This document shows, in pieces, positions 1-9,980 of a DNA stretch of 26,802 nucleotides. The notes under the pieces were generated by a model. It was not told where the DNA came from and did not search any database. It saw only the letters and a program-made list of their open reading frames with translations. The stretch's first letter is position 1. Each line of letters begins with the position of its first letter. The translations under genes and the position numbers were made by a program. The stretch is from an uncultured Janthinobacterium sp. (GTDB lineage Bacteria > Vulcanimicrobiota > Vulcanimicrobiia > Vulcanimicrobiales > Vulcanimicrobiaceae): contig CAZZXB010000009.1 in the NCBI GenBank assembly GCA_964658025.1, forward strand, positions 14,809-41,610, written 5' to 3'.

Positions 1-1391
1 TTGTCGAAGTCTTCCGCCGTGACGTACCCGAGCCCGACCGCCGCCTCTTTGAGCGTCGAGTTTTTCTTGTGCGCCGTCTTCGCGATCTCCGCCGCCTTGT
101 CGTATCCGATCTTCGGCGAGAGCGCCGTGACGGTCATGAGCGAATCCGCGAGGTACGACGCGATCTTGTCCTCGTTCGCCGTGAGTCCGTCGATGCAGTG
201 GATCCGGAACATCGTGCTCGCGTCGCGCAAGAGCGTCGTCGAGTGCAAGAAGTTGTAGATCATCACCGGGTTGAAGACGTTGAGTTCGAAGTTACCTTGC
301 GAGGCGCCGAACGAGATCGCCGCATCGTTGCCGTAGACTTGCACCGCGACCATCGTGACCGCCTCGCACTGCGTCGGATTCACTTTACCCGGCATGATCG
401 AACTGCCGGGTTCGTTCTCCGGTAACGAGAGTTCGCCGATCCCGGCGCGCGGACCCGAACCGAGCCAACGGATGTCGTTCGCGATCTTCATGAGCGCCGC
501 CGCGAGTTGTTTGAGCGCGCCCGATGCGAAGACGAAATCGTCGTGCGAGGCGAGTGCCGTGAACTTATTGGGATGCGAGCGGAACGGAAGTCCCGTGAGT
601 TCGACGAGCTTCTTCGCGGCGCGTTCGGCGAACTCGGGATGCGCGTTGAGTCCGGTACCGACCGCCGTGCCGCCGATCGCGAGATCGTAGACGTGCGCGA
701 GCGCTTCCTCGATCGCGACCATCGCGCGATCGAGTTGCACGACGTAGCCCGAGAACTCCTGACCGAGCGTGAGCGGCGTCGCGTCCTGGAGGTGCGTGCG
801 GCCGACCTTCACGATATCGGTCCAGGCTTTCGCCTTCGCGTCGAGCGCGTCGCGGAGCGCCTTGATCGACGGCAGCATATCGACGATCGCCTCGGCCGCC
901 GCCATGTGCATCGCGGTCGGAAACGTGTCGTTCGAGGACTGCGACATGTTCACGTGGTCGTTGGGATGGACGGGCTTCTTCGAACCCATCTCACCGCCCG
1001 CGAGCTCGATCGCCCGGTTCGAGATCACTTCGTTGACGTTCATGTTCGTCTGCGTTCCGGAGCCCGTCTGCCAGACGCGAAGCGGAAAGTGCGCGTAGAG
1101 ATCGCCCGCGATTACTTCGTCCGCGGCGCGTACGATGAGATCGGTTTTCTCGGCGTCGAGCTTGCCGAGGTCGCGGTTGACGAGCGCGCAGGCCTTTTTG
1201 AGCGTCGCCATCGCGCGGACGACCTGGCGCGGCATCACGTCGCGCGGCGTCTCACCATCACCGATATCGAAATTCACGAGCGAGCGCGCGGCTTGCGCTC
1301 CATAATACTTGTCGACGGGGACCGGCACGGGCCCCATGGAGTCGGTCTCCGTGCGCGTCGCGACGCCGTTCGGAATCGTTATCGTAGCCAT
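1..1391 (-). CDS. fumC: class II fumarate hydratase (3' end runs off the window edge)
   Basis: Manual minus-strand translation from ATG 1391: [37 protein letters not shown], then [37 protein letters not shown], the signature [11 protein letters not shown] and [22 protein letters not shown]. No stop inside the window. Confidence 0.96.
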   Translation of the reverse strand, partial: MATITIPNGVATRTETDSMGPVPVPVDKYYGAQAARSLVNFDIGDGETPRDVMPRQVVRAMATLKKACALVNRDLGKLDAEKTDLIVRAADEVIAGDLYAHFPLRVWQTGSGTQTNMNVNEVISNRAIELAGGEMGSKKPVHPNDHVNMSQSSNDTFPTAMHMAAAEAIVDMLPSIKALRDALDAKAKAWTDIVKVGRTHLQDATPLTLGQEFSGYVVQLDRAMVAIEEALAHVYDLAIGGTAVGTGLNAHPEFAERAAKKLVELTGLPFRSHPNKFTALASHDDFVFASGALKQLAAALMKIANDIRWLGSGPRAGIGELSLPENEPGSSIMPGKVNPTQCEAVTMVAVQVYGNDAAISFGASQGNFELNVFNPVMIYNFLHSTTLLRDASTMFRIHCIDGLTANEDKIASYLADSLMTVTALSPKIGYDKAAEIAKTAHKKNSTLKEAAVGLGYVTAEDFD

Positions 1392-1590
1392 GCGGCGGAG
1401 GTTCACGGAGCGGCGGATGGATTCCACCTCGACCGATGTCGCAAGCCGAGCGTAAAGTCCACGTCAAGCCCGGCGGTCCCGAGGACTCGGACGCGAACCA
1501 GAGCCCCATCATCATCGTTTCGTTTATGCCGCTTGTAGATGAATCGACCGCGTGACCGACCGTTCTACCCCACGAAGAGGAGTCTCCGTT

Positions 1591-2094
1591 TTGAACATCG
1601 CGTTGATCGGCGCGATCGCCCTGACGCTCTCGACGAGCGTCACGACCGCGCGCGCGCTCGCGTCGCAGAACCCTCCCGTGCCGGCACCGGTGACGAGCGC
1701 CGCGATATCTCCGACGCCCGAATCGCAACCCTCCGCGAACGCATCGGCCGCGCCCGCGTCGTCGGCCGCCCCAGAAGATGCCGACGCGAAGGTCGCGGCC
1801 CGCGCGAAAGAATGGCTCGGGCGCCTGCAAAAGGGCACGCTCGATCGGACGCAACTGACCGCGGATCTCAACGCCGGCCTTCAGGACGCGACCGTCGCGG
1901 CGCTCGCGAAGCAACTCGGCCCGCTCGGACCGCCGCAGAAGGTGGCGCTCCGCGACAAGACGACGAGCGCCGGAAGCACGACCTGGGTGTTCCGCGTCGT
2001 GTGGGGCGATCAGTCGTTCGACTACAATTTCGGACTCGATAATTCGACCGGTCGCATCTCGGCGCTGCTTCTGAAACCGACCCCCACGACGTAG
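1591..2094 (+). CDS. secreted hypothetical protein (signal peptide, Pro/Ala/Ser linker, ~100-aa alpha/beta C-terminal domain)
   Basis: GAGGAG at 1577-1582 precedes TTG 1591, in frame with ORF 1552..2094. Hydrophobic N-terminus IALIGAIALTL with A-x-A sites, a low-complexity linker and a globular C-terminus. Confidence 0.75.
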   Translation: MNIALIGAIALTLSTSVTTARALASQNPPVPAPVTSAAISPTPESQPSANASAAPASSAAPEDADAKVAARAKEWLGRLQKGTLDRTQLTADLNAGLQDATVAALAKQLGPLGPPQKVALRDKTTSAGSTTWVFRVVWGDQSFDYNFGLDNSTGRISALLLKPTPTT

Positions 2095-2104
2095 GACCGA
2101 CGGC

Positions 2105-2953
2105 GTGAGCGAGGCCGCGGTCTGGGGCGATCTCACGCGCGACGCGCTCGAGCGCGCGTACGATACGGCCCGTACCGCACGCGAGCCGTTCGCCGCGTAC
2201 GTCCGACGCTTCGCGGACGAGAGCGCGGCGACGCGCGACGCGCATCCGTGCGAGACGCTCTCGTACGGGCCGGGCGAGCGCGAGACGTTCGATCTCTGGC
2301 GCCCGCGAGCGCCCGGCGCACCGCTCTTCTTTTGGATCCACGGCGGCTACTGGCAACGCATGTCCAAGGATGCGTCGTCGTACGTCGCCGGACCGATCGT
2401 GCGCGCGGGCGGCGCGGTCGCCGTCACGAATTATCCGCTCGCGCCGCACGCGACGCTCGACGAGATCGTCCGCGCGATCCGGAGCGCGTACGCGCGCGTC
2501 CGCGAGGAGGCGCGCGCGTTCGGCACGCCGCCCGAGCGGATCGTCGTCGGCGGTCATTCGGCGGGCGCACATCTCGCCGCGATGCTCGCCACGCTCGAAC
2601 CCGTCGCGGCGATCGTCGCGGTCTCCGGTATCTACGATCTCGCGCCGCTCCGCTTCACGTCGATCAACGACGCGGTGGCGATGGACGACGCGTGCGCGCG
2701 CCGGAACTCACCCGAATTCCGCGACCCGACGCCCGGGCTTCGGCTCGTCGCGACGTGCGGCGGTCTCGAATCCGAAGCGTTCCGGCAACAGCAGGACGCG
2801 TTCGTCCGCGCGTGGCGCGCGAAGGGGACGGAGATCCGCGAACTCGAGGCGCCGGAACACGATCACTTCTCGATCGCGCTCGCGCTCGCCGACGCGCGCG
2901 CGCCGCTCGCGCGGATCGTGCGCGAGACCCTCGGCCTCGGCGCGACGCCGTAA
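2105..2953 (+). CDS. alpha/beta hydrolase, arylformamidase (AFMID)/HSL-esterase-like
   Basis: HGGYW oxyanion motif, nucleophile elbow GHSAG, and late Glu (GGLESEAF) and His (HDHF) candidates. Confidence 0.9.
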   Translation: MSEAAVWGDLTRDALERAYDTARTAREPFAAYVRRFADESAATRDAHPCETLSYGPGERETFDLWRPRAPGAPLFFWIHGGYWQRMSKDASSYVAGPIVRAGGAVAVTNYPLAPHATLDEIVRAIRSAYARVREEARAFGTPPERIVVGGHSAGAHLAAMLATLEPVAAIVAVSGIYDLAPLRFTSINDAVAMDDACARRNSPEFRDPTPGLRLVATCGGLESEAFRQQQDAFVRAWRAKGTEIRELEAPEHDHFSIALALADARAPLARIVRETLGLGATP

Positions 2954-2970
2954 CCGGTCGCTCGAAACCC

Positions 2971-2997
2971 CCGACGGGCTCTCCGGCGACCCGTCGG
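2971..2997. terminator. hairpin between convergent genes, possible terminator
   Basis: CCGACGGG (2971-2978) / CCCGTCGG (2990-2997) perfect 8-bp stem; no clear U-tract. Confidence 0.45.
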
Positions 2998-3006
2998 CGA
3001 ATCGCT

Positions 3007-4773
3007 TTAGCGGTTCACCTTCGTCCGGCCGTACGCCGACTCGATGAGATCGGCGAATTTTTTCTCGACGACGCGCCGTTTGACTTTCATCGTCGGCGAG
3101 AGTTCGCCGTCCTCGATCGTCAGATCGCGCGGCAGGAGCGCGAAGCGACGGATCTGTTCGAACGACCCGAGATCGTTGGTCTTCTCGATGACCTCGTGAC
3201 CGATCAGTTCGCGCACGTCGGAGCGCTCGACGAGTGCGGCGTTCGTGACGCTCGCGTCGATCGAGAGTTCGCGACGGACGAGATCCCAGTTCGGGCAGAC
3301 GAGCGCGATCGGAAACGGCCGCGCGTCGCCGACCACGAAGCACTGTCCGATGTAGATCGAACGCCGGAGCGACGACTCCACGCGACCGGGCGCGATGTAC
3401 TTGCCGGCCGAACTCTTGAGCAGTTCTTTTTTTCGATCGGTGATGAACAAAAAGCCGTCGGCGTCGAACTCGCCGATGTCGCCCGTCTTGAACCAGCCGT
3501 CGTCCGTGAACGGCCGCTCGTCCGGACGGTGATAGTATCCGGCCATCACGTTCGGGCCCTTGGCGAGGATCTCGCCGTCCTCGGCGAGCTTGATCTCGAC
3601 GCCCGGGATCGGTTTGCCGACGCTCCCCGTGCGATTGGCTTGCGGCAGGTTGACGGTCAGGACGGGCGAGGTCTCCGTGAGACCGTAGCCCTCGCAGATC
3701 GGCACGCCCATCCCCGAGAACGTGAACGCGATGTCGCGATGGAGCGGCGCGCTGCCGGTCGAGATGAACTCCGTGCGATCGAGCCCCGACATCGGACGGA
3801 TCTTCGAGAGCACGAGCCGCTGCGCGATCGCGTACGGTAACGAGAGGGAGACCGGGGGGCGCTTGCCGTCGATCGACGCGGCCGTGTAATCGCGTCCGAT
3901 CCCGAGCGCCCACGGAACGAGCCGCGCGCGCGCGCCGCCTTCGGCCTTCGCGCGTCCGACGATCCCCGCGAGGATACGTTCGAAGATCCGCGGCACGAAC
4001 GCGAGCGTGACGGGTCGCGCCGACTTGAGATCGTCGAGCACGTAGTCGGGCTGGGTGACGAACACGCGCGCGCGCCGCATCAGGTAGACCATGAGATTAT
4101 TGTGTTCGTAGATGTGCGCGAAGGGGAGGACGCTGAGCACCGGTTCGTCGGGCGCGGAGACCCGATAGCTCATGAGATAGGTCCCGCTGCTCTCGGCGTT
4201 GGCGACGATGTTGCGGTTGAGGAGCATGACGCCTTTGGGATCGCCCGTCGTCCCCGACGTATAGATGAGGACGGCGAGATCGTCGACGCTCACGTCGCGC
4301 GCGAGCGCGGCCGAGTCGCTCGGATCGAACGGGGCGACCGAGCCCGCGAAGGTCGAGAGCGCGTGCGGTCCGTCACCCGCGAGCGTGACGATCCGGGGCG
4401 CCGACGAACACGCCGCCGCGAGCCGTTCGGCGTCCGCCGCCGTGTCGACGAACGCGAGCTTCGCCTCGCTATCCCGCAAGATGTAGTCGAGCTGGTCGAG
4501 CGCGAGCGTCGAGAACACCGGCACCGCGACGCATCCGGCGTAGTGGATGCCGAACGCGGTCGCGATCCAATCGACGCTGTTCTCCGCGACGATCGCCACG
4601 CGGTCGCCGCGCTCGGCGCCCGCCGCGCGCAACGCGCGCGCGATCCGTCCGGCCCGTTCGCGCATCGTCGTCGACGACGTATACGCCCATTCCGGACGCC
4701 CGAGACGCTCGGCATAGGCTTGCGGCCGTGCGTCGGAGAGTCCGGAATCGATGAATTGGGCCAGAGTCTGCAT
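3007..4773 (-). CDS. fadD: long-chain fatty acid--CoA ligase (AMP-dependent synthetase, FadD/ACSL-like)
   Basis: IYTSGTTGDPKGVML, EGYGLTET, GWFKTGDIG, DRKKELLKSSAGKYIAP and LSPTMKVKR motifs; GGAGA upstream of the ATG. Confidence 0.92.
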   Translation of the reverse strand: MQTLAQFIDSGLSDARPQAYAERLGRPEWAYTSSTTMRERAGRIARALRAAGAERGDRVAIVAENSVDWIATAFGIHYAGCVAVPVFSTLALDQLDYILRDSEAKLAFVDTAADAERLAAACSSAPRIVTLAGDGPHALSTFAGSVAPFDPSDSAALARDVSVDDLAVLIYTSGTTGDPKGVMLLNRNIVANAESSGTYLMSYRVSAPDEPVLSVLPFAHIYEHNNLMVYLMRRARVFVTQPDYVLDDLKSARPVTLAFVPRIFERILAGIVGRAKAEGGARARLVPWALGIGRDYTAASIDGKRPPVSLSLPYAIAQRLVLSKIRPMSGLDRTEFISTGSAPLHRDIAFTFSGMGVPICEGYGLTETSPVLTVNLPQANRTGSVGKPIPGVEIKLAEDGEILAKGPNVMAGYYHRPDERPFTDDGWFKTGDIGEFDADGFLFITDRKKELLKSSAGKYIAPGRVESSLRRSIYIGQCFVVGDARPFPIALVCPNWDLVRRELSIDASVTNAALVERSDVRELIGHEVIEKTNDLGSFEQIRRFALLPRDLTIEDGELSPTMKVKRRVVEKKFADLIESAYGRTKVNR

Positions 4774-4799
4774 CGCGTCTCCAGAGAGCTAGTTTCCGC

Positions 4800-4836
4800 A
4801 CGCTACCACTATTCGAAAAGTTTTCCTATCGGATAG
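4800..4836. promoter_or_regulatory. divergent promoter region with candidate -10 (TAGCGT, minus strand) and two adjacent palindromes
   Basis: ACGCTA at 4800-4805 (TAGCGT on minus, 26 nt before the fadD ATG); GAAAA-G-TTTTC 4815-4825; CTATC-G-GATAG 4826-4836; AT-rich relative to the flanks. Confidence 0.45.
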
Positions 4837-4936
4837 CAAGAGGTTCGGAAGCTTCCACCAAACCAACGGCCTTAGCCCGACGTCTCGTCCCCCGATGAGA
4901 TGGATTGCCGCCCTTTTCCGATCGAGGAACTCCGGT

Positions 4937-6340
4937 ATGAACCTCCGGCTTTTCACATCCGCACGTTTTCGTGCGACGCTCGCGGTGGCGCTGACGGCGC
5001 TTCCCTCTCTCGCGTCGGCGCAGGTTGCGAACGACGGCGCCGCGAGCGGTCTGCCCGTCGCGGATTCCGCGGCGCTCATGATCCGCGACGCGATGGCGGA
5101 GAAAAAAGCCGAACGGGCCGCGGCGAAGGCGGCCGAGAGCGTGCGCCGGCAAGCCGCGTTCGCGGCGGGGGTGCCGACGACCGGCGCCGGTTCCGCGGCC
5201 GGCGCGCCGCCGACCGCCCCCACGACGTCGACGCCGAAATCGGGCGGTTTGCAAGCCGGCGACTTCAAGGACATCACCGACATCAAGCCCGGATTCGAGA
5301 ATCCGCGCAGCCCGGGGATCGCGTACAGCGCCGAGCTCACCTCGACGCTTCCGTACGGTAACATCGGACGGTCGCAAGTAAATCTCAAAGGCGGCTTCGA
5401 CGGCCAGATCTACATCGCGCCGGAGAAATACACGCGGATCTTCGCCGGATACTACGACGTCGATTTCTATCCGATCGGATTCGATACCGGAACGGTTCCG
5501 GCGTACGTCTCCAACGCGGCGCTCCGCGCTCCCAACCCGCTCGGACGGACGAACTGCATCGACGCCGGGCTCGGCGCGTTCGAAACGTGCCCCGCACGAC
5601 TCGGCGTCTTCTCGCAAGACGCGGGGGTGCAGGATCGCATCTCGATCCTGAGCTTCCAGAAGATCATCTACGTCGGCGGACTCTTCCCGATCGTCATCTC
5701 GCCGACGTACCTCTCGCAGCGCGGATCGATCGGCGGCGGCGACGATCAGTTCCTCGCCTGGGATCCCTCGCGCGGGACGTACCACGACGTCCACGTGCGC
5801 ACGTCGCAGAAAAAATCGATCTTTCTCTCGCTCCCGTTCGCCGCGTCGACGAAACTCTTCGGCGTCCTCACCGCGGGACCGTCGTGGAACGTGAATACGA
5901 ACGGAAACAACACGGGCAACAGCGCGCAGATCTTCGAGGTCCTCGACCTGCGGTACTTCGCGACGCCGACGACGACGATCTTCTTCCAACCCTCTCGCCT
6001 GCCGACGTACGAACCCGTCGATCCGTATCCCGTGAACATCCCGACGTTTATTTTAGGATTCAACAAAAAGCTCGGCGGACCGAAATCGCCGTTCTACGTG
6101 CAGGGCGAACTGTTCACGGCGACGCCGTCGAACCCGCCGTACGGCCACACGGGGCGCCTCGGCGTGATCGACACGACGTGCGTCGCACCGCAGACCGCCA
6201 CGACGAGCTTCCAGACGGAGTGCGCGCTCTACAAGAACATCAATCCCCGTACCAATACCGCGACGCTCTTCGGCGGAACGAAGTCGACGACGATCAACCT
6301 CACGGTCGGCTTCGGAACGCCGTCCGTCATTCCGATCTGA
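4937..6340 (+). CDS. exported hypothetical protein, probable outer-membrane beta-barrel
   Basis: GAGGA before ATG 4937; signal peptide ending ASA|Q; Ala-rich linker; many amphipathic strand-like segments (RIFAGYYDVDF, IFEVLDLRYF, TFILGFNKKL, FYVQGELF, TINLTVGF); four Cys in two local pairs. Confidence 0.75.
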   Translation: MNLRLFTSARFRATLAVALTALPSLASAQVANDGAASGLPVADSAALMIRDAMAEKKAERAAAKAAESVRRQAAFAAGVPTTGAGSAAGAPPTAPTTSTPKSGGLQAGDFKDITDIKPGFENPRSPGIAYSAELTSTLPYGNIGRSQVNLKGGFDGQIYIAPEKYTRIFAGYYDVDFYPIGFDTGTVPAYVSNAALRAPNPLGRTNCIDAGLGAFETCPARLGVFSQDAGVQDRISILSFQKIIYVGGLFPIVISPTYLSQRGSIGGGDDQFLAWDPSRGTYHDVHVRTSQKKSIFLSLPFAASTKLFGVLTAGPSWNVNTNGNNTGNSAQIFEVLDLRYFATPTTTIFFQPSRLPTYEPVDPYPVNIPTFILGFNKKLGGPKSPFYVQGELFTATPSNPPYGHTGRLGVIDTTCVAPQTATTSFQTECALYKNINPRTNTATLFGGTKSTTINLTVGFGTPSVIPI

Positions 6341-6362
6341 CGACCTAACCGAACGGAACGGC

Positions 6363-6390
6363 CGGGCGAACGCGCCGCGTTACTCGCCCG
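6363..6390 (+). terminator. hairpin downstream of the beta-barrel gene
   Basis: CGGGCGA/TCGCCCG outer stem plus ACGC/GCGT inner stem; no U-tract. Confidence 0.35.
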
Positions 6391-6506
6391 CGATCGCGCG
6401 CACGGCGCGGTGGAAATATATTCGAGTCGACGCGCGGCCGCACCGAAGGTGCCCCGCGCGTCCGTCGAATAGCGTTTTCAGCCTGCTCGCGTTCTGGGAG
6501 ATATCG

Positions 6507-8651
6507 ATGGTCGAAACTGAGCCACGCTCGGCACCTCTGGTCGGCGCGGAGACGCGCGACGGCGTGCGGATCCTGACGTTCCGGAATCCGCCCGTCAACG
6601 CACTCTCGCTGACGATGTCGGGGGCGTTGCTCGCCGAACTCGAAGCCGCGGAAGCCGACGAGAGCGTGCGCGCGATCGTGTTGGCGGGATCGAACGGATT
6701 CTTCAGCGGCGGCGCGGACATCAACGATTTCACGCGCGTCCCCGAGCCCGGCGCGAAAACCGTCCGCGACGTCGTCGGCGCGATCGAGAAGAGCGCGAAG
6801 ACGTACGTCGCGGCGATCGACGGAAACGCGCTCGGCGGCGGTCTCGAGACCGCGCTCGCCTGCGATTATCGTCTCGCGACGCCCGATTCGAAAGTCGGCC
6901 TGCCCGAAATCTTACTCGGCCTCCTCCCGGGTGCCGGCGGGACGCAACGCCTCCCGCGTCTGCTCGCGACGAAGAACCCGATGAACATGGGTCTCGCGGG
7001 CGTGCAGATGGCGCTCGACATGATGCTCAAGGGCGAATCGAAACCCGCGAAGGCCGCGAAGGGGATGGGCATCGTCGACGAGATCGTCGACGGCGACGTC
7101 GTCGAGCGCGCCGTCGCGCTCGCGCGCGAGAAGGCCGGAACGAAGGTGCGCGTCAGCGCGCTCAAATTCGTCGCCCCGCCGCCCATGGTCGCGATGGCGC
7201 ACGGCATGGTGCCGAAGGAAGACAAGGGCGGATTCGCCGCGCACAAACTCATCGACGCGGTCGAAGCCGCATCGCAGATGGAGTTCAAACACGGCCTCGC
7301 GCACGAAGCGCGGCTCTTCGACGAACTCGTCGCGAGCGATCCCGCGCAGTCGGCGATCCACGTCTTCTTCTCCGAGCGCGAGCTCGGCAAGATCCCCGGA
7401 CTCTCCGAAGATACGGCACCGAAGCAGATCGCCCGCGCGGCCGTCGTCGGCGCGGGGACGATGGGTACGGGCATCGCGATGGTGTTCGCGAACGCCGGCA
7501 TCCCCGTCCAGGTGATCGACGTCAATCCCGAGCAAGTCGAGCGCGGAAAGAAAAACGTCTCCGATACGTACGAAGGTCAGGTCAAAAAAGGTAAGCTGAA
7601 CGCCGAGAAAGCGAAGGAACGCACGGAGTCCGTCTCCTTCGTGACGGACTACGCCGCGATCCGCGACGCGGATCTCGTGATCGAGGCCGTCTTCGAAAGT
7701 ATGGCGGTGAAGAAAGAGGTCTTCGCCGCGCTCGACGGGGCGCTCAAGCCGGGGGCGATCCTCGCCTCGAATACCTCGACGCTCGATCTCGACGAGATCG
7801 CGTCCGCGACGTCGCGCCCCGAAAAGGTCGTCGGGCTCCATTTCTTCGCGCCCGCGAACATCATGCAGTTACTCGAGGTCGTCCGCGGTTCGAAAACCGA
7901 TGCGGAGACGCTCGTCACCGCGATGGCGCTCTCGAAAAAACTGCGCAAGAAAGGCGTGCTCTCGGGCAACGCGTTCGGCTTCATCGGCAACCGGATGCTC
8001 TTCGACTACATCCGGGAAGCGTCGTTCTTGCTCGAAGAGGGCGCGACGCCGTCGCAAGTCGACAAGGCGATCCGCGATTTCGGATTTCCGATGGGCCCCT
8101 TCGCCATGAGCGATCTCTCCGGAATCGACGTCTTCTACAAGATCAGCCAAGAAGCGCCGAAGGCCGACTACCGCCAATCGGAAGTCGCGCACCGGCTCTA
8201 CGAAAAGGGCTACTACGGCCAGAAAACGGGGACGGGCTTCTTCACGTACGTACCGGGCGATCGCAAGCCGCAACGCAACGTCGAAGCCGAAGAGATCATC
8301 GCCGCCGAATCCGCGCGCCTCGGGATCGCCCGCCGCACCGACATCACGGACCAAGAGATCGTCGAGCGTTGCATGTTCGCGCTCGTCAATCAGGGCGCGG
8401 AATTACTCGGGTCGGGGATCGCGCTCCGTCCGGGCGACGAAGACATCGTGTGGATCTTCGGATACGGCTTTCCGTGGTTCCAAGGCGGACCGATGTGGTG
8501 GGCCGATACGATCGGCGCGAAAAAGATCTACGATCGCATCGTCGGGTGGCGGAAAACGCTCGGCGAACATTGGGTCCCCGCACCGAAACTCAAAGAAGCC
8601 GCGGAGAACGGCGGATTCGCGCCGCGCACGAAGATGGGAGCACGCGACTAA
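6507..8651 (+). CDS. fadB: enoyl-CoA hydratase / 3-hydroxyacyl-CoA dehydrogenase multifunctional enzyme (FadB/FadJ/PimF-like)
   Basis: Crotonase motifs [22 protein letters not shown] and [25 protein letters not shown] motifs [24 protein letters not shown] and GFIGNRM. Confidence 0.93.
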   Translation: MVETEPRSAPLVGAETRDGVRILTFRNPPVNALSLTMSGALLAELEAAEADESVRAIVLAGSNGFFSGGADINDFTRVPEPGAKTVRDVVGAIEKSAKTYVAAIDGNALGGGLETALACDYRLATPDSKVGLPEILLGLLPGAGGTQRLPRLLATKNPMNMGLAGVQMALDMMLKGESKPAKAAKGMGIVDEIVDGDVVERAVALAREKAGTKVRVSALKFVAPPPMVAMAHGMVPKEDKGGFAAHKLIDAVEAASQMEFKHGLAHEARLFDELVASDPAQSAIHVFFSERELGKIPGLSEDTAPKQIARAAVVGAGTMGTGIAMVFANAGIPVQVIDVNPEQVERGKKNVSDTYEGQVKKGKLNAEKAKERTESVSFVTDYAAIRDADLVIEAVFESMAVKKEVFAALDGALKPGAILASNTSTLDLDEIASATSRPEKVVGLHFFAPANIMQLLEVVRGSKTDAETLVTAMALSKKLRKKGVLSGNAFGFIGNRMLFDYIREASFLLEEGATPSQVDKAIRDFGFPMGPFAMSDLSGIDVFYKISQEAPKADYRQSEVAHRLYEKGYYGQKTGTGFFTYVPGDRKPQRNVEAEEIIAAESARLGIARRTDITDQEIVERCMFALVNQGAELLGSGIALRPGDEDIVWIFGYGFPWFQGGPMWWADTIGAKKIYDRIVGWRKTLGEHWVPAPKLKEAAENGGFAPRTKMGARD

Positions 8652-8652
8652 C

Positions 8653-9849
8653 ATGGCAACCGAAGCAGTCATCGTCGGCGGCGCGAGCACGCCGATCGGC
8701 CGCGCGTTCCGCGGCGCGTTCAACATGACGCACGGCGCGACGATGGCGGGCCACGCGATCAAACACGCCGTCGAGCGTTCGGGCGTCGACCCGCACGACA
8801 TCGAGGACACCGTCATCGGCGTCGGCATGCCCGAGGGCGCGACCGGCCACAACCTCGCGCGCAACGCCGCCGTCCGCGCGGGTCTGCCGATCGAAGTCGC
8901 CGGGACGACGATCACGCGTTACTGCGCGTCGGGCCTGCAGGCGATCAGTACCGCCGCGCATCGCATCGTCGTCGACGGCGCGCCCGCGATGGTCGCGGGG
9001 GGCGCCGAATCGATCAGCCTCGTGCAGAACAACACGAACATCAAATTCTTCGGCGAAGAGTGGCTGATGCGGCATCAAGCCGACCTCTTCATGCCGATGA
9101 TCGAGACGGCCGATCTCGTCGCGAAACGCTATAACGTCTCGCGCGAGGCGCAAGACGAATACGCGCTGCAGAGTCAACGGCGCACGGCCGCAGCACAGGA
9201 CGCGGGGCGCTTCGATGCCGAGATCGTGCCGCTCCCGTCGTACAAGTACGAAGAGGACAAGACGACGGGCGACGTCCGCGAAGTGATGTTCACGCTCCAA
9301 AAAGACGAAGGCAACCGCTCCGACACGACGCTCGAAGGGCTCGCGAAACTCAAGAGCGCGAGCTTCATGAATCCGAAATCGTCGATTACGGCGGGCAACG
9401 CATCGCAACTCTCCGACGGCGCGGCGGCGATGATCCTCACGAGCTACGAGTACGCCGAAAAACACGACCTCGAGCCGCTCGCGTACTATCGCGGCATGGC
9501 GGTCTCCGGTCTCAAGCCCGAAGAGATGGGCATCGGCCCCGTGTTCGCGGTGCCGAAGTTACTCGAACGCCACAACCTCACGGTCGACGACATCGATCTC
9601 TGGGAGCTCAACGAAGCGTTCGCGGTCCAGACGCTCTATTGCCGCGATCGGCTCGGCATCGACAACGAGAAGTTCAACGTCGACGGCGGCGCGATCTCGG
9701 TCGGGCATCCGTACGGCATGAGCGGCGCGCGTCTCGCGCTCCACGGCATCATCGAAGGTCGTCGGCGCAAGGCGAGATGGCTCGTCGTCACGATGTGCAT
9801 CGGCGGCGGCATGGGCGCGGCGGGGCTCTTCGAACTCATCAACGACTGA
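8653..9849 (+). CDS. fadA: acetyl-CoA C-acyltransferase (3-ketoacyl-CoA thiolase, PimB/FadA-like)
   Basis: Catalytic motifs RYCASG, NEAF, GHPYG and MCIGGGMG; starts 1 nt after the fadB stop. Confidence 0.93.
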   Translation: MATEAVIVGGASTPIGRAFRGAFNMTHGATMAGHAIKHAVERSGVDPHDIEDTVIGVGMPEGATGHNLARNAAVRAGLPIEVAGTTITRYCASGLQAISTAAHRIVVDGAPAMVAGGAESISLVQNNTNIKFFGEEWLMRHQADLFMPMIETADLVAKRYNVSREAQDEYALQSQRRTAAAQDAGRFDAEIVPLPSYKYEEDKTTGDVREVMFTLQKDEGNRSDTTLEGLAKLKSASFMNPKSSITAGNASQLSDGAAAMILTSYEYAEKHDLEPLAYYRGMAVSGLKPEEMGIGPVFAVPKLLERHNLTVDDIDLWELNEAFAVQTLYCRDRLGIDNEKFNVDGGAISVGHPYGMSGARLALHGIIEGRRRKARWLVVTMCIGGGMGAAGLFELIND

Positions 9850-9908
9850 TCGTTACCGGCGATCGGCGAACGCGGGGCGTTCGCATCTCGGCGACGGACC
9901 AAGGACGG

Positions 9909-9940
9909 AGAAGCGGCGCGCGATGCGGGCCGCTTCTTTC
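9909..9940 (+). terminator. probable intrinsic terminator after the thiolase gene
   Basis: AGAAGCGGC (9909-9917) / GCCGCTTCT (9929-9937) stem ending in TTCTTTC; a second hairpin GCGAACGC/GCGTTCGC at 9866-9884. Confidence 0.6.
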
Positions 9941-9980
9941 GTGGTACCGTACGGCGAGTCGCCGACGCTCCGGCGAAGCG

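Noticed and set aside
1392..1417. GCGGCGGA direct repeat and lack of an SD upstream of fumC
   Set aside because: An 8-bp GC-rich repeat is expected by chance here; there is no supporting promoter element.
1..1538. Plus-strand ORFs over 1-1538, including the 343-aa ORF
   Set aside because: Antisense shadows of fumC, which carries all the family motifs.
4836..4910. Superficial resemblance to a c-di-GMP-I riboswitch (GCAA...TTGCCG)
   Set aside because: It lacks the GGCAAA/GACGCAAA core and a proper GNRA loop-receptor pair; kept only as an unassigned structured leader.
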